Shown here piece by piece: positions 47,123 through 56,745 of a stretch of DNA of 64,000 bases. Numbering within the stretch: the first letter of the stretch is position 1; each line of letters begins with the position of its first letter. The stretch is from Rickettsiales bacterium (GTDB lineage Bacteria > Pseudomonadota > Alphaproteobacteria > Rs-D84). The notes beneath the pieces are model-generated. The model saw only the letters and a list, made by a program, of their open reading frames with translations, had not been told where the DNA came from and did not search any database. The stretch spans positions 12,738 to 76,737 of the forward strand of contig JAISAB010000002.1 in the NCBI GenBank assembly GCA_031266915.1. The letters are read 5' to 3'. The translations under genes and the position numbers were made by a program.

Positions 47123-47619
47123 TTGTAATATGTCTGCAGCGTCTTGTACGCGTCGGCCAGCTTGGCAAAGGCGTCGGCCGATGCGTCCTTTTTATTTCGG
47201 GCGGTATCAGGATGCAGCTGTTTGGCCAGCGCGCGGTACCGGGCCGCGATTTCGCGCGCGTTGGCGCTGATGGGCAGTTCCAAAACCTTTAGCGCAGATA
47301 CGATTTTCGACGGCAAGGATTTCGGTTTCGGCGACAGGTCGAACATCGCGCGGCCCGCGATAAAGCTGTGGATAAACTGCTCGTATTCTTTGGCGTCTTT
47401 GTTGGCGGCGTCCTTGTCCCTCAGCTGCGTGCCGAATGTTTGTTTTTCCCAATCGGCCTCGATTTCATCGGCGCTCATGTCCGCATAGAAATTCCAATTC
47501 CTGTTGTATTCCGCCGCGTGTTCGGGGCAGAAATACCAATAGTCTTTCAAATCGCGGGATTTCGGCGCTCGGCAGGTTCCGGCTTTGCCGCATCCGGCAT
47601 GGTCGCATTTCTTAATCAT
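47116..47619 (-). CDS. J-domain protein with N-terminal Cys-rich region (DnaJ-like co-chaperone)
   Basis: C-terminal J-domain with the HPD motif (…LAKQLHPDTARNKKDA…); N-terminal CDHAGCGK…C. Confidence 0.65.
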   Translation of the reverse strand: MIKKCDHAGCGKAGTCRAPKSRDLKDYWYFCPEHAAEYNRNWNFYADMSADEIEADWEKQTFGTQLRDKDAANKDAKEYEQFIHSFIAGRAMFDLSPKPKSLPSKIVSALKVLELPISANAREIAARYRALAKQLHPDTARNKKDASADAFAKLADAYKTLQTYYKK

Positions 47620-47659
47620 AAAAAATTACTCCGTAATTTTTTTAGTTATAATTTATAAC

Positions 47660-48631
47660 TTATAACTTCCTCCGCGCCAGCGGATGGTGCTGTTCGACGG
47701 TGTCCCGCAGTTTCTGGGGCAGGACGTGCGTGTATATCTGCGTGGTGGAAATATCCTCGTGCCCCAGCATGGTCTGAATCGCGCGCAGGTTCGCGCCGCC
47801 CGCCAGCAGATGCGACGCGAACGAATGCCGCAGGACGTGCGGGCTGACGCGATTCGGGTCGATTCCGGCCAGGACCGTGCACTTTTTCAATATCTTGAAA
47901 AATCCGTCGCGGGTTATGTGACCCGTCTTGCTGTTTGATGGAAAAACATATTTTGAGGTCGCAGAGCGCAGAGCACAGAGCGCAGGTTTCGCCGCTTCGC
48001 GGCAGAGCGAAGAGCGCAGGTCGCAGGTAGAAGGTGTTGATAATGACGAACCACCTTCGCTCTGCGTTCTGCGACCTTCCACCTGTTGCGCATCCATCCA
48101 CTTGCCCAGCGCGCGCTGGGCGGATTCGTGCATCGGGACCAGACGTTCCTTGGCGCCCTTGCCGTGAATCAGCAACTTGTCGCCCAAGACGGCGGTAACG
48201 GGCAGCTCGCACAGCTCGGACACGCGCAAACCCGACGCGTACAGCAATTCCAGCATGGCCCGCAGGCGCAGTGAATTTTTAATATCGCCGGCGCTGGATA
48301 TTAGCAGCTCGATTTCGTCGACCGACAGGAATTTCGGCAACGTTTTCTGGCGCTTGGGCAATTCCAAGCCAATCGACGGATTGGCATGGATGATTTTTTC
48401 CAACATCAGGAATTTGTAAAATCCGCGCAGAGAGCTGGCCTTGCGCGCAACCGACGACGCGCGGCAGGGCAGGGACGACAGATACGACTGCAGCGCCTCG
48501 GCGGTCGTGGCCGTCAAATCGCCCAGATGATTCTGCGCGTGCGACAGGTCGCTGCCATAGCTTTCCAGCGTTTTTCTGCTGCGGCCTTTTTCGGCCGACA
48601 GGGCCTCTAAAAATATCTCGATACAATTCAT
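47660..48631 (-). CDS. XerC/XerD-family tyrosine recombinase carrying an in-frame palindromic-element insertion
   Basis: …HVLRHSFASHLLAGGANLRAIQTMLGHEDISTTQIYTHV… catalytic R-H-R-Y box; start at MNCIEIF (ATG 48631). Confidence 0.8.
   Translation of the reverse strand: MNCIEIFLEALSAEKGRSRKTLESYGSDLSHAQNHLGDLTATTAEALQSYLSSLPCRASSVARKASSLRGFYKFLMLEKIIHANPSIGLELPKRQKTLPKFLSVDEIELLISSAGDIKNSLRLRAMLELLYASGLRVSELCELPVTAVLGDKLLIHGKGAKERLVPMHESAQRALGKWMDAQQVEGRRTQSEGGSSLSTPSTCDLRSSLCREAAKPALCALRSATSKYVFPSNSKTGHITRDGFFKILKKCTVLAGIDPNRVSPHVLRHSFASHLLAGGANLRAIQTMLGHEDISTTQIYTHVLPQKLRDTVEQHHPLARRKL
47946..48079 (+). repeat. Second copy of the palindromic element of about 130 bp (terminal inverted repeat AGGTCGCAG…CTGCGACCT), in-frame in xerC/D in the opposite orientation relative to the host gene
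   Basis: About 85-90% identical to 10217..10340; adds about 45 aa (…QQVEGRRTQSEGGSSLSTPSTCDLRSSLCREAAKPALCALRSATS…). Confidence 0.8.
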
Positions 48632-48775
48632 CGGAACAATACGATTTCGGTTGTATTCTGCGTCGGCGCGAACGAGACAATCATCAGCACCACAACGATG
48701 GCGACGACCGTCCAAACGATAATTTTGTTGCGCGTCGTGTTTTTCTTCTTCAGTGGCATATCGGATTCCTTTTGC

Positions 48776-49837
48776 TCAGGCCGTGTCGAAACTGGCGATG
48801 AATGCGCCGGATGCGGCGATTATAATCAGCGGCGGCGCGACGACCGCCAGCAACGCCGGCAGCGCGCCCGTCGCGCCCAGCGCGTTGAACATGTTCGTCA
48901 GAAAATACAGCGCAAAGCAGGTGACGATTCCGGCGCCGAACTTGACGCCAAAGCTATAGTTGCGGCGCTGGCGGGTCTGCGAAAATGCGACGCCCAGCGC
49001 CGTCATCGCAATCATGGTCAGCGGCATGAACAGCAATGTCCAGAACTGGACCATGTGGGTGCGGACGGACGCGCCTATTTTGCCCATCTTTTCGATAAAG
49101 GACGGCAGACGCCAGAATGAAATCTGGCTGGGCTGCAGATAGCGGTCCAAAACCGTCTTGGGATTCAGCAGCGTGTCGGCATGCCACGGCGCGGTCCTTT
49201 GGTGGCTTTTTGCATTCCAGACCGTCGCCCGTTTTGCGTCCAGACCATTGTCTGATAGTGTGATTTCTGTGGATTCCACGCGCTCGCTTAATTTAAAGTC
49301 GGCGGTCTGGACGAACACGGTCGCGTTTTTGAACAACAGCGCGTCACCGTCGCCGGCGACATTTTCGGACTTCATCGTGATATAGCCGTTTTCCGATGAT
49401 TCGCGCAGCCAAATCGCGTCGTCGATCAGATGCAGGCTGTCCGCGCTGATATTCTTCGACGACAGGCCGACCGAATACGGATTTACGACCGTCGTCGTCA
49501 GCAATCCGATTATTAACGCCCCAATCAGAAAGGGCTTGGATGCCTGGTACGGCGACAGTCCCGCACCTGACACGATGATGTTTTCGGTAGATTTGGTCAG
49601 CTTGTAAGACGCGAACAGCGTTCCCATGAACACCGCCAGCGGCAGAAATAGCGGAATGTATTCCATCAGGCGGACCCAGGCCTCCGAAACAGCGGCGCCG
49701 GCCGTCGGGTTTGATGGCAATCTTTCGACGAAGGTGATGGCCAGGATAATGCCGCACACCACCAGCAGGACCGTACCGAGACTCTCGAGCCATCGGACCA
49801 TCAAAAATCGGGTTAAAATTCTGGGTCGTAAAAACAT
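48776..49837 (-). CDS. LPS export permease LptF/LptG family (YjgP/YjgQ)
   Basis: 6 transmembrane segments with a large periplasmic loop; start at MFLRPRILTRF (ATG 49837). Confidence 0.65.
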   Translation of the reverse strand: MFLRPRILTRFLMVRWLESLGTVLLVVCGIILAITFVERLPSNPTAGAAVSEAWVRLMEYIPLFLPLAVFMGTLFASYKLTKSTENIIVSGAGLSPYQASKPFLIGALIIGLLTTTVVNPYSVGLSSKNISADSLHLIDDAIWLRESSENGYITMKSENVAGDGDALLFKNATVFVQTADFKLSERVESTEITLSDNGLDAKRATVWNAKSHQRTAPWHADTLLNPKTVLDRYLQPSQISFWRLPSFIEKMGKIGASVRTHMVQFWTLLFMPLTMIAMTALGVAFSQTRQRRNYSFGVKFGAGIVTCFALYFLTNMFNALGATGALPALLAVVAPPLIIIAASGAFIASFDTA

Positions 49838-49939
49838 AAATTCGCGCGTTCGTACGGATAACCGTGGCAGTATAGCCTGTTCGATTGACAATTGCAAAAT
49901 TAAAATGAATACTGTCTGGTAAACAATAGGAAGACCGAA

Positions 49940-50410
49940 ATGGATAAAAAGCCGATTTCTCGCGCGGGTTTCGACGCCCTGGTAAAAGAACTGAAGCAAC
50001 TGCAGGAAACCGACAGGCCCGAAATCCTGAAGGTTGTCCAATGGGCGCGCTCGCTGGGTGATTTGTCCGAAAACGCGGATTACAGCGCGGCCAAGGAAAA
50101 ACAGCGCACCATCGACAAGCGCATCCGCTTTATCGAAGAGACGGTCTTGGCCGCCGCCGTGGTCGACATCGACGGCCTGTCCGGCGACCGCGTAGTTTTC
50201 GGCGCGCGCGTCGTCGCCCAGGACCAGGACGGCAACGTCATGCAGTGCCGCATACTGTCCGATATAGAATCCGACGGCAAGCAGGTAATTTCATGCACGT
50301 CGCCGGTGGGCCGCAGCATGATTGGCAAGTGCGTCGGCGACACCTGCGTCGTGCGCCTGCCGGGCGGCGAAAAGGAATACGATATTCTGGAAATAAAATT
50401 CAAGGAATGA
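49940..50410 (+). CDS. greA: Transcription elongation factor GreA
   Basis: N-terminal coiled coil and C-terminal FKBP-like domain motifs (…SENADYSAAKE…). Confidence 0.9.
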   Translation: MDKKPISRAGFDALVKELKQLQETDRPEILKVVQWARSLGDLSENADYSAAKEKQRTIDKRIRFIEETVLAAAVVDIDGLSGDRVVFGARVVAQDQDGNVMQCRILSDIESDGKQVISCTSPVGRSMIGKCVGDTCVVRLPGGEKEYDILEIKFKE

Positions 50411-50465
50411 CTAAAGATTTCTGATTTTTTTAATCCCAAATCAGAAATCATAAATCAGAAATAAC

Positions 50466-52208
50466 ATGTCAATTCGCATACTGCCTGATTCACTAATCGA
50501 TCAAATCGCCGCCGGCGAAGTGGTCGAGCGTCCCGCCAGCGTCGTCAAAGAACTGGTCGAAAACGCGCTGGATGCCGGCGCGGATGCGATTATCGTCGAC
50601 GCGGTCGACGGCGGGCGCACGCTGCTCAGCGTCATCGACAACGGATGCGGGATGTCGCGCGACGATTTGGAAAAAAGCATTACCCGGCACGCGACGTCGA
50701 AACTGCCCGACAACGATTTGATGAACATCAATTACATGGGATTCCGCGGCGAGGCGCTGCCGTCCATCGCGTCCGTGTCCGACATGACCATCGATACGCG
50801 AAGCATGACAGAATCACACGGCTGGCAGATGGATTGCGCCACTGGCCAGATAAAGCCGTCAGCGTGGGAGGCCGGCACGCGCATCCGCGTCGCGAATCTG
50901 TTTGCTAAAACGCCGGCCCGATTGAAATTCCTGCGGACCGACCGTGCCGAGATGATGTCCGTGACCGAGGTCGTAAAGCGCCTGGCGATGGCGCGCCCGG
51001 ACGTTGGATTCACGCTGAACAATCGCTGGCGTTTTCCAAAGGGCCAGAGTCTGGCCGAGCGCATTATCTCCGTCATGGGCGAAGAAGTTCGCGGCCGGAT
51101 GCTGGCGGTCGGCGACGCGTCAAATTCCGCCGGCACGCTGTCGCTGCGCGGATTTATTTCCGAACCGACGCTGCGCCGCGCGTCGTCAGTCGACCAGTAT
51201 CTGTTCGTCAACGGCCGGCCGGTCAAGGACAAGGTTTTGGTCGGCGCGCTGCGCGCCGCATATATGGATGTCATGCATGCGCGCGAATTTCCGCTGTGCG
51301 CGCTGTATCTGGAACTGGACCCGCGCAGCGTCGACGTGAACGTGTCGCCCGCCAAGACCGAGGTTCATTTTCTGGAACCGTCGCGCGTGCGCGGCTTTAT
51401 CATCCGAACATTGCGCGAAGTCCTGGCCAAAACAATGTTCGATTCTTTTTCAGAATCCGTGTCGGACGGCGGCGCGCCCTTTGTTCCCGCGCCGCACCAA
51501 GCGTCCTTTATGATGGGATTCAGTGACGTCGGCACTGTGGTGCGCAGCCGCCCGGCGGCATTTTTCGATACACAAATCCCTGTCAGTTTTGACGGATTCA
51601 GACCAGAAACGCCGGCCGTCGTCGACGAAGATACCGTCCATACCCGGCCGCTGGGGCGCGTCATTGGTCAATACAGCAAAAAATATATCGTTGCCGAAAG
51701 CGAACAGGGATTCGTAATCGTAGACCAGCACGCGGCGCACGAAAGAATCGTCTACGAAACCCTGCGCATGCATGCTATCAAGGTCCAGCCACTGTTAGCG
51801 CCGATTGTAATCAATATGAAGCCCGAGCAGGTCGACGCCGTTCTGACCGTCCGGGACGAGATGAAAAACTGCGGTCTGGCAATCGACCAATTCGGCGCGG
51901 ACAGCATCGCGATATTCGAAAAGCCCGCCGACTGGGATTTGAACTGGCAGACATTGCTGTCCGATATTGCGGACGAGGTGACGGCCCACGGGCATTCGTC
52001 CCAGCTGCATGAAAAACTGCACCTGAAGCTGGCGAATCACGCCTGCCACCATTCCGTACGCGCCGGCCAGCGACTGGATTACGCGCAGATGGACGCGCTG
52101 CTGCGCGATATTGAAAACACCGAGCGCGCCGGCCAATGCAACCACGGCCGCCCGGTATATAAGATTATAAAACAGCGAGAGCTGGATGGCTGGTTCGAGC
52201 GTATTTAA
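50466..52208 (+). CDS. mutL: DNA mismatch repair protein MutL
   Basis: MSIRILPDSLIDQIAAGEVVERPASVVKELVENALDAGA… GHKL ATPase N-terminus; C-terminal dimerisation domain. Confidence 0.9.
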   Translation: MSIRILPDSLIDQIAAGEVVERPASVVKELVENALDAGADAIIVDAVDGGRTLLSVIDNGCGMSRDDLEKSITRHATSKLPDNDLMNINYMGFRGEALPSIASVSDMTIDTRSMTESHGWQMDCATGQIKPSAWEAGTRIRVANLFAKTPARLKFLRTDRAEMMSVTEVVKRLAMARPDVGFTLNNRWRFPKGQSLAERIISVMGEEVRGRMLAVGDASNSAGTLSLRGFISEPTLRRASSVDQYLFVNGRPVKDKVLVGALRAAYMDVMHAREFPLCALYLELDPRSVDVNVSPAKTEVHFLEPSRVRGFIIRTLREVLAKTMFDSFSESVSDGGAPFVPAPHQASFMMGFSDVGTVVRSRPAAFFDTQIPVSFDGFRPETPAVVDEDTVHTRPLGRVIGQYSKKYIVAESEQGFVIVDQHAAHERIVYETLRMHAIKVQPLLAPIVINMKPEQVDAVLTVRDEMKNCGLAIDQFGADSIAIFEKPADWDLNWQTLLSDIADEVTAHGHSSQLHEKLHLKLANHACHHSVRAGQRLDYAQMDALLRDIENTERAGQCNHGRPVYKIIKQRELDGWFERI

Positions 52209-52777
52209 TATGGGCAATCAGATGTATATGTAAAGCTGCCGGTGGAATCTGAACCAGCGGTGCCAGCCGGTATATAGCAGCTGTTGACCGATGTCGCACC
52301 TGTACCGGACGTTGTGCCGCCGCCCGAGCATGGTTCGCAAATGGAACCGGACAAATAAAATCCCTTGTTGCATGTAATAGAACAATTTCCCGCCGACTTG
52401 GTGCACGAAGTATTACACTCGTTTGTGCCGCTGCATGCTTGATAACGCTTGGATGCGCCATTTGTTGGCTGTGTGCAACCGGTTGTGCTGTATGTCTGGT
52501 CACATTCGCAGATGTTTGGGTCGCAGGTTTCCCAATATGAGTTTTTGCATACATAACCGTCAATTTTTGTTCCGTTCTGTTGGTTTTTATTACATGTTTT
52601 GCCATTGCATTCCGAAACGACAGAGCAATCCATGTTTGCGCACGCGTAGCATTGACCGTTGTTTGCCAAAAGAAAGTACCCGTGGCCGCTTTCGGGAACA
52701 GATGCCGCTGCGCAGGGCCCCGTGTTGGCAAAGATGCATAAAGCCGTGTATAAAAATATAAATCCTGATTTCTTCAT
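52205..52777 (-). CDS. Secreted cysteine-rich protein (signal peptide; C-x-C/T-rich repeats)
   Basis: MKKSGFIFLYTALCIFANTGPCAAA signal peptide; more than 25 Cys; preceded by the conserved leader. Confidence 0.6.
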   Translation of the reverse strand: MKKSGFIFLYTALCIFANTGPCAAASVPESGHGYFLLANNGQCYACANMDCSVVSECNGKTCNKNQQNGTKIDGYVCKNSYWETCDPNICECDQTYSTTGCTQPTNGASKRYQACSGTNECNTSCTKSAGNCSITCNKGFYLSGSICEPCSGGGTTSGTGATSVNSCYIPAGTAGSDSTGSFTYTSDCPY

Positions 52778-53050
52778 TCCAAACCTCCTTTTTTAGCGAA
52801 TGAAAAAACCGCCGGGAAAAAGGCGGTCGGGAGGTTTACGACAATCCAATGAATTGTGCCGCTTATTCAATATATTCGCGAGCCCTCCCAACCAAGTCGG
52901 GAGATATTTTTCGCCGCAATAACAAAAATGGCGCGAAAGCGCGCCGATTTGTCAACAGCGCATTGGAAAGAGGTCGTAACACCCCGTCGCGGAAACTCTC
53001 CGCGGCACTTGAATCATACCAATAGTGAAATGTTTTTACAAGTGGTATAA
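52778..53050 (-). promoter_or_regulatory. Conserved structured 5' leader, subtype 2 (as 12130..12378)
   Basis: Gene-sense: CTCCCGAC/GTTGGGAG hairpin; GAATATATTGAATAAGCGG; AAACCTCCCGACC; terminator GACCGCC-N-GGCGGTT-UUUUUU; CATTCGCTAAAAAAGGAGG-ATG; distal module ccccgtcgcggaaactctccgcggcac. Confidence 0.7.
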
Positions 53051-53123
53051 TTACTAAAAAAAGGAATACGGATGAAAATTGCGACTATCTGAATCATAGG
53101 GGCCCGCCGCGCATTGGTATGCG

Positions 53124-53672
53124 TCATGGCGCGAAAGCCGATAGCAGCGCGGACACGAAAGCGGAACTGCTGGCGTCAGTTGAAGATACGCACTCATTCG
53201 CACACTTCGTTGCGCAATTGGCACCCCCGCTAAGTGACCCGTAATAAACCCAGCCGGCATAGTTTACATTATCGGAAATTCTTTTCAAACGGCACCAGCA
53301 GTACCATTCGGGGTAATTTAACTCCGTACCGCTGTGATTTCTGACGATATTGCAGCTCGCAATACCGGAACCGGCGGCAGAGGTAAGGCTGCATACGCTC
53401 TGAATAAGGTAGCCTCTGACCGCATTATTCGGAGTATGAGAAGATTGATAAACAGTGTATCCTTTGTATTCAAGTTCCAAGCCGGCATAGTTGCTGCCGG
53501 AATTATACTGCGTGTAGATGCCGTCCGCATAGTCTTCTGCCGGGTTCGCGTTTCCGGCATCGCCGCCGATTTCAAACTTCCCAGTTTCATCCTCTAAGGC
53601 TAAAACGGCAAAAGCGCCGCGCATTGCAGATACAAGCGCCCATGCGAATACGGCCAGGGTTAATTTTTTCAT
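53124..53672 (-). CDS. Hypothetical secreted protein with several Cys (signal peptide MKKLTLAVFAWALVSA)
   Basis: ATG at 53672 chosen (signal peptide); preceded by the conserved leader. Confidence 0.55.
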   Translation of the reverse strand: MKKLTLAVFAWALVSAMRGAFAVLALEDETGKFEIGGDAGNANPAEDYADGIYTQYNSGSNYAGLELEYKGYTVYQSSHTPNNAVRGYLIQSVCSLTSAAGSGIASCNIVRNHSGTELNYPEWYCWCRLKRISDNVNYAGWVYYGSLSGGANCATKCANECVSSTDASSSAFVSALLSAFAP

Positions 53673-53900
53673 CCAAACCTCCTTTTTTTTTGCGAATGAA
53701 AAAACCACCAGAAATTGGTGGTTGGAGGTTAGCGACTATCATTGCAAATAGCGGCGGTATTCGATATATTCCCGCGCCCTCCAACCGAAACGATTGGAGA
53801 CACAAAAAACATGCACGACAACGCTTCGTGCCAGCGTGCAATGAAGGAGGTCGCTAAACCCCGTCGCGGAAACTCTCCGCGGCACAAAGATTATGCACCG
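53673..53900 (-). promoter_or_regulatory. Conserved structured 5' leader, subtype 2: candidate attenuator/riboswitch
   Basis: Gene-sense: CTCCAA/TTGGAG hairpin; GGTTGGAGG…linker GAATATATCGAATACCGCC…AACCTCCAACC; terminator CCACC-AATTTCT-GGTGG-UUUUUU; CATTCGCAAAAAAAAAGGAGG-ATG. Confidence 0.7.
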
Positions 53901-53985
53901 CTGCCATCCGCAATGCAAGATGTATTTTGCGCTGGACGCGCATGCCTTTTTCTACTACGATTTCCCCATAAATAAGGAGAAAAAT

Positions 53986-54297
53986 ATGAATACAGAAGTA
54001 ATTGAAGTCGTCGGCAACGCCGCCGCAGCGCCAAAGAACGATACCTGGGCGCTGGTGGTATATTGTCTGGTTATCTTCGCCATCGTCTATTTCTTGATGA
54101 TACGCCCGAACCGCCGCCGCATGGCTGAATACCAGAAAATGCTGGATTCCCTGAAGGTGGGCAACCGCGTCATGGCCGCCGGCATTTACGGCACCATCAA
54201 AAAGATAAACGAAAAATCCGTCGAACTGGAAGTTTCCAAGGGCGTCGTCATCGAAGTGAACAAAAACGCCGTGGCGGGAATCGAAGGACAGAAATAA
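53986..54297 (+). CDS. yajC: Preprotein translocase subunit YajC
   Basis: Single transmembrane segment plus …MIRPNRRRMAEYQKMLDSLKVGNRVMAAGIYGTI…; Shine-Dalgarno aaggagaaaaatATG. Confidence 0.8.
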   Translation: MNTEVIEVVGNAAAAPKNDTWALVVYCLVIFAIVYFLMIRPNRRRMAEYQKMLDSLKVGNRVMAAGIYGTIKKINEKSVELEVSKGVVIEVNKNAVAGIEGQK

Positions 54298-55850
54298 TGT
54301 TTAAAAAACTGGCGATAATATTCGTTGCGGTGTTCGGCGTGCTGCTGGCCGTGCCGACCATCGCGCCGCAGGCGGCGAAATATTTCCCGTCCTGGATTGG
54401 ACCGGTCAACCTGGGTCTGGATTTGAAGGGCGGCGCGCAGCTGCTGCTGGAGGTCGACACCGAAGTCATGTTCCACGAAAAGGCCGCGCAATTGTACGAG
54501 GGCGCGCGCTCCGCGCTGATTAACCGCGAAAAGGGCGTCATCCGCTTTTCGGATTTGCGCAATGCGGGCGGCAAAGTGTCTTTGACAATCCGCGACGAAT
54601 CCGACGTGTCCCGCGCCAAGGGCCGCTTGAAAAGCGAGCTTGGCGACGGCGTCGACATAGATTCGTCTGGCGCGGCGATAACGATTTCCTATTCCGACAA
54701 ACAGAAATCTGAGATGGTTCGTGACGCGCTGTCGCGCAGCATCGAGATTGTGCGCCGCCGCATCGATGCGCTGGGCACCAAAGAGCCGTCCATCCAGACC
54801 CAGGGCGGAAAATATATTCTGGTGCAGCTGCCGGGCGTCGACAATCCCGAACGTATCAAGGAACTTATCGGCCAGACCGCGAAGATGAGCTTTCATCTGG
54901 TGAACGAAAGCGTGACGGTGGAGCAAATCGCGTCGGGCCGCGCGCCGACTGGCACGGAATATCTGCCGTCGCAGGACGCGCCTTGGCAGATGATCCCGGT
55001 CTATTCGCGCGTCGAGGTCTCGGGCGATTCGCTGAAGGATTCCCAGGCGGATTTCGACCAAAGCAATATGCCGGTCGTCACGACCGTCTTTGATTCGACG
55101 GGCGCACGCAAGTTCGCCAAGCTGACGACCGAGCACGTGAACGAAAGATTTGCAATCGTTTTGGACGGCAAAGTCCTGAGCGCACCGACAATCCGCGAGC
55201 CAATTCCCGGCGGCCGCGGCCAGATTTCTGGCGGATTCTCGCTGCAGGGCGCGAAAGATTTGGCAGTATTATTGCGCTCGGGCGCGCTGCCTGCGCCATT
55301 GTCGGTTATCGAAGAACGCACCGTCGGCGCGGGCCTGGGCGCGGACAGCATCGCCGCGGGCAAGCTGGGCTCGGCGGTCGCGGTGCTGCTGATTATGCTG
55401 TTCATGCTTTATTACTATCGCGGATTCGGAATGGTCGCCAATATCGTATTGCTGGTCAACGTCGCCATGATTATCGGCGTGACGGCGCTGCTGGGCGGAA
55501 CGCTGACGCTGCCCGGAATCGCGGGAATCGCGCTGACGCTGGCGATGGCGGTGGACGCCAATATCCTGCCGTTCGAGCGAATGCGCGACGAAGTCCGCGG
55601 AGGTGTGCCGACCCTAAAGGCTGTGGAATACGGTTTCCATCGGTCGACAAAGACCGTGATGGACGGAAATCTGACCAATCTGATTTGTTCGCTGATTCTG
55701 TTCCAATTTGGCGCGGGGCCGATTCGCGGATTCGCGGTGACCTTGTCGGTCGGCGTTATCACGACGCTGTTCACGTGTCTGGTGCTGTCCAAGGTCATCA
55801 TCGAATGGCACATGGACGGCAAGAACAAGAAAATCGGATTTATTAAATAA
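54297..55850 (+). CDS. secD: Protein translocase subunit SecD
   Basis: …GLDLKGGAQLLLEVD… and C-terminal transmembrane bundle typical of SecD. Confidence 0.9.
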   Translation: MFKKLAIIFVAVFGVLLAVPTIAPQAAKYFPSWIGPVNLGLDLKGGAQLLLEVDTEVMFHEKAAQLYEGARSALINREKGVIRFSDLRNAGGKVSLTIRDESDVSRAKGRLKSELGDGVDIDSSGAAITISYSDKQKSEMVRDALSRSIEIVRRRIDALGTKEPSIQTQGGKYILVQLPGVDNPERIKELIGQTAKMSFHLVNESVTVEQIASGRAPTGTEYLPSQDAPWQMIPVYSRVEVSGDSLKDSQADFDQSNMPVVTTVFDSTGARKFAKLTTEHVNERFAIVLDGKVLSAPTIREPIPGGRGQISGGFSLQGAKDLAVLLRSGALPAPLSVIEERTVGAGLGADSIAAGKLGSAVAVLLIMLFMLYYYRGFGMVANIVLLVNVAMIIGVTALLGGTLTLPGIAGIALTLAMAVDANILPFERMRDEVRGGVPTLKAVEYGFHRSTKTVMDGNLTNLICSLILFQFGAGPIRGFAVTLSVGVITTLFTCLVLSKVIIEWHMDGKNKKIGFIK

Positions 55851-55861
55851 GGAAAAATGTC

Positions 55862-56728
55862 ATGCAATTGAAATTTATGAAGTACAGAAAGCTGTCGTAC
55901 TGGGTTTCCGGCATTTTGGTGGCGCTTAGCGTTCTGTCACTGGCGACGCGCGGATTGAATTACGGCATCGATTTCGCGGGCGGCATTTCGATGGAGGTCA
56001 CGCCAATCTCGGCCGACTACACAATCGACAAGATGCGCCACGACTTGGCCGAATTTGGCCCAGAACTGCAATCGGTGGACAACAACAAATCCATCTTGGT
56101 GCGCGTCGGCCTGCCCAAGGGCGCCACGGACGAGCAGCAGAACCAGCGCGTCCGCGAAATTAAAGAAATCTTGGGCGAAAAAGTTCAATACTCCCAGGTT
56201 CAAATCGTCGGTCCGAAAATCGGCGGCGAACTGGTCCGCGGCGGCATATGGGCGATTCTGATTTCATTCATACTGATGTCGGTTTATATCTGGATTCGAT
56301 ACAAGGGCGGATATGCGGTGGGCTCGTTCGTGTCGCTGGTGCTGGACTTTGTTTTGATGTTCGGATTCTTCTCGGTCGCGGGACTGGAATTCAACCAGAC
56401 GTCCATCGCGGTCATCTTGATGGGTATCGGATATTCCATCAACGACAAGGTCGTGAATTATGACCGCATCGACGAGAACATCAGAAGATACCACAAGATG
56501 CCGATGACGGATTTAATCGACCTGTCGGTGAACGAGATGATGCGCCGGACAATCATGACCTCTGTTTCCACCATCCTGGCCATGATAGGGCTGTACTTGT
56601 TCGGCGGCGGCATGCTGCGGGATTTCTCGGTCGCGATGACGTTCGCGGTCGTTATGGGCACGCTGACAAGCATCTATATATCCAACGTCGTGCTGTATCA
56701 CTTTAACCTGCGCGAGACGGACTATTAA
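55862..56728 (+). CDS. secF: Protein translocase subunit SecF
   Basis: …GIDFAGGISMEV… SecF signature and 6 transmembrane segments. Confidence 0.9.
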   Translation: MQLKFMKYRKLSYWVSGILVALSVLSLATRGLNYGIDFAGGISMEVTPISADYTIDKMRHDLAEFGPELQSVDNNKSILVRVGLPKGATDEQQNQRVREIKEILGEKVQYSQVQIVGPKIGGELVRGGIWAILISFILMSVYIWIRYKGGYAVGSFVSLVLDFVLMFGFFSVAGLEFNQTSIAVILMGIGYSINDKVVNYDRIDENIRRYHKMPMTDLIDLSVNEMMRRTIMTSVSTILAMIGLYLFGGGMLRDFSVAMTFAVVMGTLTSIYISNVVLYHFNLRETDY

Positions 56729-56745
56729 TGGATGAGGGATAAGGG

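Noticed and set aside
48632-48775. Small ORFs between xerC/D and lptF/G (for example 48698..49120+)
   Set aside because: They overlap the lptF/G coding region on the opposite strand, or lie in a short spacer; no independent support.
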